Shown: positions 44,501 through 55,824, counted from the stretch's first letter. The stretch is 64,000 nucleotides of DNA from Antechinus flavipes (GCF_016432865.1 NC_067399.1:1674001-1738000), one strand, 5' to 3'. Program-made: numbers and translations. The notes: generated by a model from the letters alone, not told the origin.

Positions 44501-47167
44501 GCAGGTTCTCTGAGACGCGGGCCGGGGCTGCTGGGGGGGGTCTCCTTCCCACCTCTGCTAACCCCTCTCCGACCTCGGGCAGGGAGACCCTCACTGAGCC
44601 CCCGCCCCGGGCCACCCCGGCAGGAAGGAGCAGACGTGGGGGGGCATTCAGAGGGACCTTTAAGGAGACAGTCAGGGAAGCTGGACCTGCCCCGAGCCCC
44701 ACTCCTGGCGGACCATGGCACAGCGGGTCAGGAGCTCCCAGGAGGTGGGTCCGGACCCCTCCCCAATCGGGGGGGCCTGCCGGCACCTGCGACGAGGCCC
44801 CGCTGCACCTAGCCACCCGGCACCCAGCCTGCGCTCAGAAAGCCCCTTCCCAGCTCCAGCGGAGGGACCCTGCGTTTGCCAACGGCGAATCCCAGTCATG
44901 CAGTTCAGCCCTGAGCTCCACCTGGGCCAGCCGTCCCCTCACCAGCCCCTTTTAGTGACGCCCCCCCCAGCCCTTCCCCCCCTCGGGGTCCTGCCCCCCC
45001 CCCAGCCCTTCCCCCCCTCGGTGTCCTGCCCCTCCCCAGCCCTTCCCCCCCTCGGTGTCCTGCCCCCCCCAGCCCTTCCCCCCCTCGGTGTCCTGCCCCC
45101 CCCAGCCCTTCCCCCCCTCGGTGTCCTGCCCCCCCCCCCCAGCCCTTCCCCCCCTCGGTGTCCTGCCCCCCCCAGCCCTTCCCCCACCTCGGTGTCCTGC
45201 CCCCCCCAGCCCTTCCCCCCCTCGGTGTCCTGCTCCTCCCCCTCAGCGACCCTCCCGCACTCGCCCCTTACCGACTGTTGAGCTGCCTCTTGATGATTGC
45301 CAAGTTCACGGGGGGCAGGGACACGGGCAGGTCCCACGTTCTCTTGCCCGGGGGCCGGTCGTGGGGGAGGCCGGGCTCGGCTCCCTAAAAGGAGGGAGAA
45401 CAGCGTCTCTTCCCGATCCCAGGAGGAGGGGGCGGCCTCCGGCCCCGGCCCCCCCCCCCCAGACGCACCGGGTCTGGGGCTCGCAGGGCTTTCCTCATCT
45501 GCTGCGCTTCCCAAGCGTCCTGGGCCTCCTCGCTTCCGCTGTCCGAGCCTAGGAGGAAGGGGAGGAAGGGCTCCGGCTCAGGCCTCCGCGGCTGCCGCCC
45601 GAGGAGGAAGGCTCTAGAGCTCCCTGCCTCCCACCAAAGGGAGCCAGGCGGGCACCTTGGATCTCTGCCGCCACGGGGGCAGGCTCCTCCTCGGAGTCAG
45701 TGTCGCCGGCGCCCCTGACGCCCCAGAGGGGGTCCCGCGGCCCCCCGCTCAGCGGCAGGTAGTCCTCCGTTGCCTCGGCCCGCCTCCGGCGCCTTCCTCG
45801 GGCCGGCTCCACCAGGCTCCCTGGGACACAGAAGGCGAGCAGTGACCGGGACGCCCCCAGACCAGGGGCTGCCCCTTCTCCTCCGTGGGCACTCACTGGG
45901 GGTGCCGAGGTGACCGCGTCTTGTCCCGCCCCCAGCCCGGGCCGCGGCAGCCCCCCACCTGACTGGTCGTCAGAAGCCCCTTCGCCGCAGGAGTCGAGGT
46001 CAGAGGCGCTCCCCGACGGGTCGCGGGGTCCAGCCTTGGCGTCCTCACGGAGGGCATCAGGGGCTGAAGCAGAGGAGCCGCGATTTAGCCCCCCAGGGGC
46101 CCCCTCCGCTCCCGGGAAGCCGGCCATCCTTCCCCGTGCCCTCCCCACGGGCAGTGTCCCTCCTGTGGGCTTCCTCGGGGAGACCCCCGCCCCAGGTCCT
46201 CAGAGGCTCAGCCACCCCTCCCAACAGCCCGGCCTGGGCCTCAGAGAGCCTGCGATTTCCAAAGGCCTCGGAGGACACGGCTCCTGCCTCCCGTCCCCGC
46301 CGAGGGCCCAGCTCTGCCCCGGGGGCTGAATGCCCCCCATCAGGAGGGGGCCCCGGCTCCCAAGATCTCACGCCCACAGCCAGACCTTCCTCCCCAGACC
46401 CCCAAGCCGCTCCTTCCCACCTGGGGAGTCGCCATCGGCTTCTGGAGATGTTGGGGGGCCTTCTCCCGCCCCGGACACATCTAGGGGGCCACGTCCAGAA
46501 TGGGAGGGGCCTGCGGAGCAAACCCCCACCTCATGCACGTTAATGCACAGAAAGGGAAACTGAGGCAGGCGGCGGGGATGGGCCAAGCTCGTGTGCTGAT
46601 GGTCGGGGCCTGTGGGGGAGGGGAGGCCCGGGCTGGGAGGGAGCCGATGGGAGCCTGTGTGTGGCGCTTGTGTGTGTGTGTGTGGGGGGGGCATATACAC
46701 GCCTCCCCCCTCCCCGCTCTCGGAGAGATCAAGGGCCAGGACTGGGAGGAGTCCCTGCACTTCCGGGGAAACTGAGGCAGTCTGCGCACGCGCACGCCTG
46801 TAGTGCTTCCTTCTCGAGCTCCATCCCCGCACCACCCATGGGCGGGACCTCTCCTCTCCCCAAGGAATCCCGGAGAGGAGAGAGCTCTCGGAGTACGGCG
46901 CGCCAAGACCGCGCATGCGTCAGGAATCCCTGCGCGTGCGCGGCCGGCCGCCCGCCCAGCCCCCGCAGCTCGCCGCCCCGACGGACCTTCGCGGCGCGAA
47001 GTCGCCCACACGCGGGCGCGGCCCCGATTCCGCGCGGCCCCGAGTGCGCGCTTGGCTGCGCGGCCGAGGCCCGAATCGGAGCTGGGCCTGGGGTCAGAGT
47101 CGGGGTCAGAGCTGGAGCCGGAGTCCGCCTGGCGCTGGCGGAAGTTCCGCGGAGGTCTCCGAGACAT
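31220..47167 (-). CDS. GCFC2: GCFC2 (C2orf3) intron-turnover/splicing factor, 723 aa, 17 exons: 47167-46987, 46063-45959, 45820-45656, 45548-45469, 45384-45272, 44263-44077, 43656-43533, 42464-42374, 42177-42056, 37771-37572, 34924-34780, 33926-33805, 33422-33346, 32171-32105, 31926-31780, 31540-31416, 31340-31220
   Basis: The 2172-nt spliced ORF closes in frame with all GT-AG introns. Motifs [105 protein letters not shown] and [11 protein letters not shown] match recalled GCFC2. The exon 1 donor (AAG|GTCCGT) and exon 8 are the least certain. Confidence 0.95.
31630..31770 (+). repeat. About 35-bp C-rich repeat, 4 copies, in GCFC2 intron 15
   Basis: ccgccccctccctcagctcggcccccccc repeated. Confidence 0.85.
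32299..32478 (+). repeat. GT-rich degenerate repeat (gtgtgcgggaccgggggcgtgtgcgt) in GCFC2 intron 13
   Basis: Read directly. Confidence 0.8.
35345..37000 (-). mobile_element. LINE-2 relic in GCFC2 intron 10, interrupted by a minisatellite
   Basis: Begins with an L2 3'-tail-like sequence (taaacactgattaagtacct...gaggcaaaaaagactccttaccctcaagga) followed by purine-rich L2 body. Confidence 0.7.
35905..36225 (+). repeat. 26/27-bp minisatellite (accagagatgctgcagagatgaaacgg / accagagaagtgcagaggtgaaatgg)
   Basis: Read directly. Confidence 0.9.
37850..39360 (+). mobile_element. Decayed LINE-1 (or HAL1-like) fragment: 5' UTR plus ORF1 relic, in GCFC2 intron 9, antisense to the gene
   Basis: A-rich. 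Segments such as cagtggaatatactattacaaaagacaaaggatatgggctcaaac and agagcttccagatcaaaaaataaatcctcaagcag resemble the ORF1 C-terminal WNxIFQKAKxLGL and FQSSQVKEKILQA motifs, with many stops. Confidence 0.7.
39375..41195 (-). mobile_element. LINE-2 relic in GCFC2 intron 9, interrupted by a 51-bp minisatellite
   Basis: aatcaacatttaaacatccattatatgctaggcattatcttaagtgccagggacacaaaaag is an L2 3'-tail pattern; the body continues up to and past the array. Confidence 0.7.
40085..41160 (+). repeat. 51-bp minisatellite, about 20 copies (gagatgctgcagaggtgaaatggaccagagatgccacgctgtaacaaacca)
   Basis: Read directly; gives the 17-aa periodic ORFs in the track. Confidence 0.97.
41200..41560 (+). repeat. AC/AT-rich low-complexity tract ending in (CA)n
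   Basis: Read directly. Confidence 0.85.
44958..45238 (+). repeat. About 33-bp C-rich minisatellite (cccagcccttcccccccTcggtgtcctgccccc), about 8 copies, in GCFC2 intron 5
   Basis: Read directly. Confidence 0.9.
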
Positions 47168-47530
47168 AGTCGTCACGTACTGCGCCGGCGTGAAGCCGTG
47201 CCGGCAATGCCAATGAGACGCTTTCCGAAGGAAGCGCCTGCGCCCTGGGCCGCCCGCCGCCATTGGCCCGCGGCCCTGCCTGGCTCCACCCCTGCCCCGC
47301 CTTCCCGAGCCTTGGGGCCCCGCCCCCATTCTCCTCCGCCCCCGGGCCGGGGCGCGCCCGTCGGGGATGGCCGCTTCCCCGCCTTCGGCTCTGCCTGGAA
47401 GTGACCCGGCGGAGCCCAGGAGTGGTCCGGCCAACTCCCGCCGCCCGAGCCCCGCGTCTGGGCCCGCCTGGAACCTCCGCAGGGCCACCCCTTTGGCACC
47501 GTGCTGGGCGGGCGCACAGAAGGGGCCTAA
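46780..47530 (-). promoter_or_regulatory. GCFC2 CpG island and promoter (CCAAT, ETS and YY1-like motifs upstream; NRF1 motifs in intron 1)
   Basis: gccgccattgg near 47257, ggaagtg near 47398, TGCGCACGCGCA 46783-46794, GCGCATGCGT 46911-46920. Confidence 0.7.
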
Positions 47531-47682
47531 TAAGTACTCGTGGACCCCCTGTATGGCTCAGCCTCCGGAGAACTTTTGGGTCCCTAAAGGGTGGGGGGGT
47601 CGGTGCCTGAGGCTGTTTCCTTCCCCCAGCCCGTGCTGTACCTGACCCATTAATAAGTCATGTGACCCTCCAGCTCCCCTGC

Positions 47683-48265
47683 TGCAAGGGCCCTTCTTTT
47701 TTTATTTTATTTTTCTTTGCAAGGGCCCTTCTTTTTTTTATTTTATTTTATTTTTCTTTGCAAGGGCCCTTCTTTTTTTATTTTATTTGATTTTATTTTT
47801 TTGCAAGGGCCCTTCTTTTTTTTATTTTATTTNNNNNNNNNNNNNNNNNNNNNNNNNNNNNNNNNNNNNNNNNNNNNNNNNNNNNNNNNNNNNNNNNNNN
47901 NNNNNNNNNNNNNNNNNNNNNNNNNNNNNNNNNNNNNNNNNNNNNNNNNNNNNNNNNNNNNNNNNNNNNNNNNNNNNNNNNNNNNNNNNNNNNNNNNNNN
48001 NNNNNNNNNNNNNNNNNNNNNNNNNNNNNNNNNNNNNNNNNNNNNNNNNNNNNNNNNNNNNNNNNNNNNNNNNNNNNNNNNNNNNNNNNNNNNNNNNNNN
48101 NNNNNNNNNNNNNNNNNNNNNNNNNNNNNNNNNNNNNNNNNNNNNNNNNNNNNTTTACTTTATTTTTTTTTTGCAAGGGCCCTTCTTTTTTTATTTTATT
48201 TTATTTTTTGCAAGGGCCCTTCTTTTTTTACTTTACTTTATTTTTTTTTTGCAAGGGCCCTTCTT
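47683..48265 (+). repeat. About 38-40-bp T-rich minisatellite (tgcaagggcccttcttttttattttattttatttttt) spanning an N gap
   Basis: The same unit occurs on both sides of gap 47833-48153. Confidence 0.9.
47833..48153. other. Assembly gap (N run) inside a minisatellite
   Basis: 321 N. Confidence 1.
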
Positions 48266-48449
48266 AACAGGATGCTCCTTCCCCAAAGAAGCTTGGCTTG
48301 GGACTGCCATGGAAAGGGTCCTTGAAGGGTGAGGATGGGCTGAGCCAAGAGGAAGGCCAACTGTCCCCGACTTGTTCCCCTAACCTGGAGTTTATTCCCG
48401 AGATTCCACTCTAGAAAACGCTTAGATGTGGCTCAGGGCCCTTTATTAA

Positions 48450-50290
48450 GTGTCCACTAGAGCGCTGGGTTTAGACTTAGGAAAACCTGATTTCAAATCC
48501 AGACTGTTGGGAGCTGTGAGACCCCAGCAGGCCTGTCCCGCCTCCGTGCCCTGAATTGTAAGGTGGGGGTGGTAAGAATGGCACCGGCCTTCCCAGGTGC
48601 TGGCCGTAGTTCTCAGCCTAATGCAGGAAACACCCTGCAAAATGCTGCGCGAAAAGAAGATCTAGCCTGGGAAAGGGACGGTCCAAGCGCTGACAAGGAG
48701 AAAAGGCTTCCCCTAGAAGGAATCTGGGCTGATGTCAGGCGGCGAGGAGGGCGGGGGAGAGCAGAGTCAGAGAAAAAGCCCTAGAGTCAGGGGAGGAGGA
48801 GAGAGAAAGGACTATGTGCCAGGCCCTGTACTCAACCCCCCACAGACAGCGCGTTGGGAGGTAGGGGCTAAGAGAGGCCCCATTTTGTAGTTGGAGAGAC
48901 TGAGGCAGAGATGGGGAGGGGGCTGATAATGGATGGACGTGGGGAGGGGAGGAGAGAATGAGTCCCAATATCCCTCAGCACTAGGAGGGAAGGGAGTGAG
49001 AGGGAGGGTTGGGGGCAAGGGTCCTGCATCCTGTTTGGGACATGCTGGTGGAAATGCCCACTGATTAGCCAGTTCAAGTTTGAGAGGCAGGTGCAGATTC
49101 AAGGTTGGGCGTCGGCAGATTGGGGACGGTAAAGGTAGACGTGACAATCATCAGCACTGCTCCACCACGCCGGCTCTTCATGACACCATTTGGGCTTTTC
49201 TCGATCCTGCAGCAATCTGCCGTCGTCTTTTCCTGGTACAGATGAGGAAAGTGAGGTAAAAAGGTTAAGTGACTTTGCTCCGAAGTGCCTGGGGCCAGAT
49301 TTGAACCCAGGAAGACAACATTCTAACCACTGTCCCACCTACTGCACCATTATCAGGACAGAAATGATACTTAAATCCACAGGAGCTGATGAAATCACCA
49401 AAGGAAGTAGTATAGAGGGAAGAGCACAGGAGAGGATCCAGGACAGAGCCCTGCAGGTCACTGAGGGTCAGAGGGTATGACCTGGAGGAGGATCCGGCAA
49501 AGAAGACAGGTGAGTCCGAGGCAGCTCAGGAGGTCACAGGTCACGGGTCACCTTGGAGAGAATGTTTATGGCAGAAGGATGAGGAAAGGGTTAAGAAGAG
49601 AGTTAGAGGAGAGAGTGTGAAGGCTGCTAGTGTAGATGCCTCCTTGGGGAGTTTCCCTACAAAGGGCAGAGGAGAAAGGATATTTAGCAGGGATGCAGTG
49701 GACAAAAGAGCCTTTTTTCAGGATTAAGGAGCTGAAGGCCTGTGGGGAAGAAGCCAGTGGAGGAGGATGGAGGGAAGATTCTAGTAGGACCGGATTCAGC
49801 ATAGAATGGCCTCTGGTGCAGGAAAGGTTTGCTTTGGTAAAAAATAGAGTCATTTCTCCTCATGAGGCACAGGAAACGGCACAGAAGGAACCTGAACGCT
49901 ATGAGATGAGGAGGAGAGGAGAAAAAGGAGCTCTCTTTGAAGAGCCTCTTTTTTTTCAGTAAAATAGGGGCAAGCTTCTGGGGCAAGAAGGTGGGACTGC
50001 AGGGAGCCGGGCCAGGTAGGAAGGGCTGCATTTATTCGTTAGTGCATTTGCGTCCCCAGGAATTAGCCCATTTGTTAGCCCTCTGGTGCTACGGGAGACA
50101 GACCAGATGCAAACGTGGAGCTTAGTGTGCTCTCGGACATATACTAGTCATGTGGTGAGCAAGTGAGTAAAAGCCTGGGTTTCCTCCCCTATAAAACAGA
50201 CCATAACCGCGCCTACCTCCCAAGGTCACAGCTGCAAAGTGGTGAGCACAGTGTCTGGCTCAGAGCAGGCGTTTAATAAGTGCTTGTTTG
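48450..50290. mobile_element. Cluster of MIR-type SINE and L2 relics (MIR about 48450-48570, 48790-48910, 49230-49330, 50130-50290; L2 about 49340-50030)
   Basis: Core-SINE patterns such as acagatgaggaaagtgagg...ttaagtgact...gatttgaacccagg and gcctgggtttcctcccctataaaac. Confidence 0.65.
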
Positions 50291-52799
50291 CTTCCTTTTC
50301 CGCTTCCATGTGAAACTGTTCGCTCAGCATTTTGCTTCCCTTCGAAAGCAGCGCCCGAGCCTTTCCCGCCAGCAGCGCCACCTGACCTTGGGAGGGTCAG
50401 GAGGAAATGAGGTATTTCTTGCCCTAGATTATCCCACCCCGGCTTGCTCCATGTGGCCGCAGATACTTCTGGCTGTCAGTTAGCACTGACGTGTTATCCG
50501 GCATCGCCTGTCAGTCAGCGATCACAGTTTCTGAGACTAATAAGCAACAAGCGTGAGATGCTTAAAGTTGAAGCAGGCACAAAACAAAATTGGGGGTCCG
50601 CCACTTGACCTAAAAATACACCTCTGGAAGGTTCTCCCCCCCACACCCCTCACCCTGAGTTTTGTCCAGGGAATTATGGGTACTATATCTGTGTACAAAG
50701 TCAGAACTGGACCACTCTTCCACTCTACCTTTAAGCCATAAAATGAGCAGATCAGTGACATGAAGCACCTGGTCTCTCCTATAATTTTACCTTCTTGCAT
50801 GTGGTTCTTTCCTAATTTCTTTTGGACTTAGCCCACTTTAATTGCAATTATAATAAACTTGGCCCCTTGACTTGGAGCTGAATCGAGCCTGCAAATGGCT
50901 CCGGTTGTGAGCCCCAACACCAAGACAAGATGATCAGCTCCAGCGTGCTCATGACATTCGTCATTCTTTCCCTTGAAAAGTCCACAGCTGTGAAAATCAC
51001 CTCCTCCCAGCAGGGCCCAGCATCCGGCTCCCAAGTCCCAGAACTCCAGCGCCACGTTCCTGCCGCCTGATGTTTAGGTCACGATTGCTCCTGGGGAGGG
51101 TGGAAGAAAGATAACTCCTTTCCTCTTCTCCCTGGAATTCCTTCCGGGCGGGGCCACTTGCCCTTAAGGCCTGAAAGACCTTGCCTTGGAATGACAAAGG
51201 ACATCTGAAGGCCGCCAGCCGCCGTGAGTGCCGGGCCCTGTACTCCCACCGAGCCTTCCCTTCCTGCTCCCACCGAATAGGAGGGGATTTGGGAGACAGG
51301 GCACGCCTCGTGTTGGGAGAAATAACTTGCTCTGGCTGCTCCATCTGCGTGGGATTGAGCCTTTGCTAAGGAACCGCGTCTGTTGCCTGACTGTTAAAGA
51401 AAGAGAGACTGGTGGGGGTGCGAAAGCCGGTGTCAGGAGAATAGCTACCCACAGGCTGCTCTTGTGATTCTCCTCTGCTGGTACGGGGCTGAGAGGGCCC
51501 CAGAGGGGGGCGAGGTTCTCCCGGGTTCCCCGATTACTTGCGAATTTCCCTAGGCCTGTTGCTGCGAGGACTGGCTCCTTACCAACCTCGCCTGTTGTGC
51601 TTTGGGGCCGACTGCAGGTTTCCACGACTTTTCTAACTTTCTGAAGGTTGGAAGATTTTTATCTGATCCATATCACCGATACAACAAGGTCAGAAAACAT
51701 AGGTTCTGTGTGTGCCCACATGGGGGCTCTGAATGAGGCAACCCAGAGGCGACTGCTCCGCGAGGGAGGGTACCTGTCTCTCCTCCTTCACCAGCAAAAG
51801 TCATTAGGGACTCAGCATTCTTTGGAGCCTTTGATTCCCATGCTCAGCGATGACAATGATTTTCCTCAGCCTAAAATAAGCGGACAGGCAATAGAGCTCC
51901 CCCCCCCCCCCCGCAAAAAGGCTCCCCGAAGCTTCTGGGGGAAGGTCACGGGTGCGGTCAGCTGCCTGCGCCCTCTTTGGCCGTCCCCAGGCCAGGCACT
52001 GGTCTTGTAGGGGGCCAGGAGAGCTGGATAACAACCGAATCACGGCCTTAGGAGGCACTCGACCCCAGCTGCCCAGGAGCAAAAGATCTGGAATGATCCC
52101 AGTCGTGCTCCCCTTGGGCCACTCTGGGCTCTGAAAGCCGGGTCCTTCCCATGGTTAGTGTGCAGGTAGACCCCATGACGCAGAGCAGTGGGCTGAGGGA
52201 TCCTGGCAGAGGAGTCATTGCTCTTTCTCGCTGGTTTGGAAAGGGCTGCCCTGCCAGGGCTCGTGGAACCCCGAGAAGGCCGCCCAGGAGCAAAGTGAGG
52301 GAGGCAGGGAATGGGGGCATCCCTCCCCCCCCGGCAGCTTATAAACCGGTGGAAGCCTGCGGGGACCGAAGAGACGCCCCCAGCACTGAGCCCCAGCGGG
52401 CGCTCCCTGACCCCAGGGACCTGGCTGGTGCTGGAGAGGGAGGAAGTCTGAGCAGCACGGGCTGAGCCATTGACTACAGCTCTGGCATCTTTCCCAGAGC
52501 CTCTGAAGTCCGGCACCAGGCTCCCCACCCAGTCCTTCCTAGAGGGCAGCCCTGGCCGTGTCCTTCACCTTGAACTTCAGCGGGCCGGTTACCACTAGAA
52601 TATCCCTTTTTATGTCCTTTGGGGCGTGTGTCCTGTGACCTCTAACAATAATTATAATTAAAAATACAGTGAGTTTCATCCCCTTTTCACTTTACTGCTA
52701 ATTTTTTCTACAAACCACAATTTTTCTATTTAAAATGTCTAGGTTATTTTCGCAATTGCAGTGTCGGGGCAGCCTTAAAGCACCACAACTGTCTGCCCG

Positions 52800-54200
52800 T
52801 TGGGGCTCGGGGAGACCCCCAAAGGCTGGGGCTCCAGGCGGGCTTGCGAGGCGCCGCCAAAGAATTCACAGCTCCGCCCACCCCCAAGCCAAGGGCGAGG
52901 CGGCAGAGCTGTCCCGGCGGGTCTGGCAGCAGCCGCCGCAGCAACGGCCGCACCTCGTTAGGGCCTCGGGAACGGCCGTCTGGCAGCCAGCGGCGCCGCC
53001 GCGGCGTCTCCCCGGGAGCTGCGCCCCTCCTACCTATTACGGTCGGCTGCAGGGGTCCGCTTCGGGGAAGGCCTGGCCACCGGCTCGGGGAGGGATTGCT
53101 CGCCTAAGGCGCTCGGAATTCTGGCCCGGCTCCGCCCCTCCCGGGCAGGCCCCGCCCACTCTCCTTGAGCAGTCTTGCTAGGCCCGCCCTTCCTAGCTTC
53201 GCCTCCCGCTTCATTCCCCGCCCTCTCGCTCTCCCAGTCTCCTTGAAAGGTCTCCTTGCTAGGTCCCGCCCTTCCGAGCCCAGCCCCCTTCCTGGCCTCG
53301 CCTCCCGCTTTTTGTCCCGCCCCCCTCCGGCCCCGCCTCCTTATTCTCCCTAGGTCTTTCCGGGTTCCGTCCCTTCCCCCGCCCCTCCTAATCTCGCCAG
53401 ACTTCATAGGACACCTCCCCTTTCCTATCCAGGCCCCTCGCTCTACCAGTCTCCTTGGAGAGGCTCCTTTCTAGGCCCCGCCCCTTCTGGTCTTGCCTTC
53501 TGCTTCCACGGTCCAATCTCCGCCCCCTCGCTCTCCAGGTTCCGCCCCCGGCTTTCCTCGGAAGGCCGTAACATGACGTTCTGGCGGGCGCGGCGACGTC
53601 GGGGTGACGCGCGGTGACGTCGGGGCGGGGCCGAGCGGAGCTGACAAGCGGCTTTGACAGGCGGCGCAGCAGCTGTTTCGCTCGCCGCTCCTAGTTCGTC
53701 AGCTCCTGAGCGCTGTCAGGACCCCTGCCGCGGATCCCCGCGGGCGGCCGGGGAAGCAGCGGAGGCGGAAGCGGAGGCAGAGGCGACGGGCGGCTGCAGG
53801 TGGGGGCGCGCGGGGGGGATGCGGGGGCGCACGGAAGCCGGAAGCAGGAAGGAGGCCCCTCTTCCGGTGTTGACTTCCTGGCCGCGGCGGGGACGGGGGA
53901 GGCGGAGGCGGCGGCGGCGGCCGCGGACGCCGAGCTCTACCGGCTCTCTGGTCTTCCCGCCTTCCCCGTGTCGTGGCTGCGGGACTGCCCACGCGCGGCT
54001 CGAGTGGGGGGCGACTGTGACAAGTCCGGCCCTCGCCACCGCCCTGCGAGGCGGGCGCTGTTGTGGGGAAGTTGAGGCGGTCACGGGGGCGGAAGGAGGG
54101 AGAACGTGGGAAGGCGGCAGCCACGGGGGCTGTGCCGTGTGCACCTTACGTGACGGGGCCCCTCAGGCTGTGCCGGAGCCTGCGGTCCTCCAGTGACCGG
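52800..54200 (+). promoter_or_regulatory. CpG island promoter and probable non-coding first exon (about 53650-53799) of an unidentified gene
   Basis: Four CRE-like motifs 53574-53622, GC box 53622-53630, donor CAG|GTGGGG at 53799, ETS motifs 53861-53880. No recognisable coding exon downstream in the window. Confidence 0.6.
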
Positions 54201-55609
54201 GGGAAGCGCTAGTCACGAGTCCGCGGGGGACGGAGCCGGAGGACAGAAGCGGGCCGAGAGTTCCCTCCCCCAGTGACTGGCCTGCGCTTCTGGGGGTGTC
54301 TGTCTGACCTCTTCCCCGTCCTCTCAGTTGCTGCAACCCGCAGCTTCTCCGCAGCCCCGCACTGGCTATTGCTGTAATGGGGGGAGGGGGAGAGGGCCAG
54401 GGATGTTCCCTCCCCCCGTAACTGGCCTGCGCTTGGCGGGGGGTGTCTGGCCTCTCCCCCCCCCCCCAGTCGCTGTAACGCGCAGCTTCTCTGCACCCTC
54501 TCCTTGGGCTGATGCAGTAACCACTGCGGGGCAGGGACAGGAGAGGGACAGCGCCGCTCCCTCCCCCAGTGACTGGCCTGTGCTTCTGGGAGGAGTCCCC
54601 TCCCCCCAGTCCCTGCAGCCCCAAGTGTCTCTGCACTCCCACTCCTTGGACTATTGCAGGAGCCACTGAGGGGCCGGGAGGGGCCAAGCCCCCTTGCCCC
54701 AGTAGATGCCAGCTTTCACCCCTGCTGTGATCCACACTTTGGGGTCCCTTCCCGGCTTGGGCCAGATAGACTTAGCCTCCCATCCTCAGGAAGGGTTTGA
54801 GTCGGGAATCCCAGCGGGTCCTTCCGTCCTTTGCCCTTTGGGCACCCCAGGAATCTCCCTTTGTGACCTGAGATGTGCTGACATCTGTGGGTGTCCTGGG
54901 GGTCCCCAGAAACCAAGGAAAAGCCCTCCCCCCGGGAGATTTCTACCTGTTATACTCGCATAGACAAGGTGCGTTCACACCCCGGCCTCCGGGACTCTGG
55001 AGACCATTGGGCTCTGAAGGCGCGGCCCCATGGGAGTGGAGGAGTGGGAATGGGCTTCTGGGCCAGAAGGGGGTGTGGGCGCCGCAGGGGGGAGGCACCT
55101 TGGAAGTTCTCAGGAATGTTGATTGTGAGGCCGGGGAGGAGCGGTGGCCCATCCCTGGTTCAGAATTGTTTCCTGAGGGCAGAGGAGGCCAGCTGCAGCT
55201 GTGCACTGCCTGTGGCTGAGGGCCGAGCCAGCTCAGCAGACCCTCGTCCAGAGGCCCCGGGTCGTGTCCAGTGGGAGCTTCCCCAAGGGGAGTTAGGCTG
55301 CGAGGCCTGCGAGCTGCCTCCGTTTGGTCCCCGAGGCTCAGGGAGGGGCCTCCCCCTCAGTAACAGCTGTCTGACCCCAGGTCCGGCGCCCTGCCCACCC
55401 CCAGGCTCTGAAGAAGCTCCTTAAAGTACAGGCAGGGCGTTCAAGGCCGTCCGCAGGCTGTCGGGGCCGCTCCTTTGGTCCTCCCTCTCCCCTGGCAGAG
55501 ACGAGCGGCTTGGCCTGAGTGCTCTTTGCTTTCATGACCCCCTCCGAACCACTTCCCAACCAAGACTCCGCCAGAAGCCTCTCCCCGAAGGCTCCCTTGG
55601 CCTGGCCGG

Positions 55610-55690
55610 TCCAGAAGCATTTCTAAGCGCCTCCTATGTGCCAGGCCCGGGGGTAGGAGCACAAGAAACAGAAAGACCCATGTGGGGGTC
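55610..55690 (-). mobile_element. L2 3' tail fragment
   Basis: aagcatttctaagcgcctcctatgtgccaggc. Confidence 0.6.
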
Positions 55691-55824
55691 TGGGAGAGGG
55701 ATCGTCGGGAAAGTCTTCCTGGTGAAGGTGGGGCTTGTGCTGCATCCTGGGAGAAGGGAGGGATTCCGGTGTGGTAGGCAGAGATTGGCAGAGATGTTCG
55801 TGATGGCGCTCGACAGATACCTCC

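Noticed and set aside
41785-49683. U12-type donor-like ATATCCTT on the minus strand at 41792 and 49683
   Set aside because: Neither coincides with an exon boundary; the GCFC2 model closes with GT-AG introns, and the second lies in an L2 relic.
51647-51950. Small exon-like segments (VGRFLSDPYHRYNK; QKSLGTQHSLEPLIPMLSDDNDFPQ)
   Set aside because: Branch-point spacing is too short, there is no promoter, terminator or partner exons, and no recognised homology.
52018-52060. ELDNNRITAL, a leucine-rich-repeat-like decapeptide (LRRTM4 is the distant human neighbour)
   Set aside because: Single isolated repeat, no flanking LRRs, poor splice sites.
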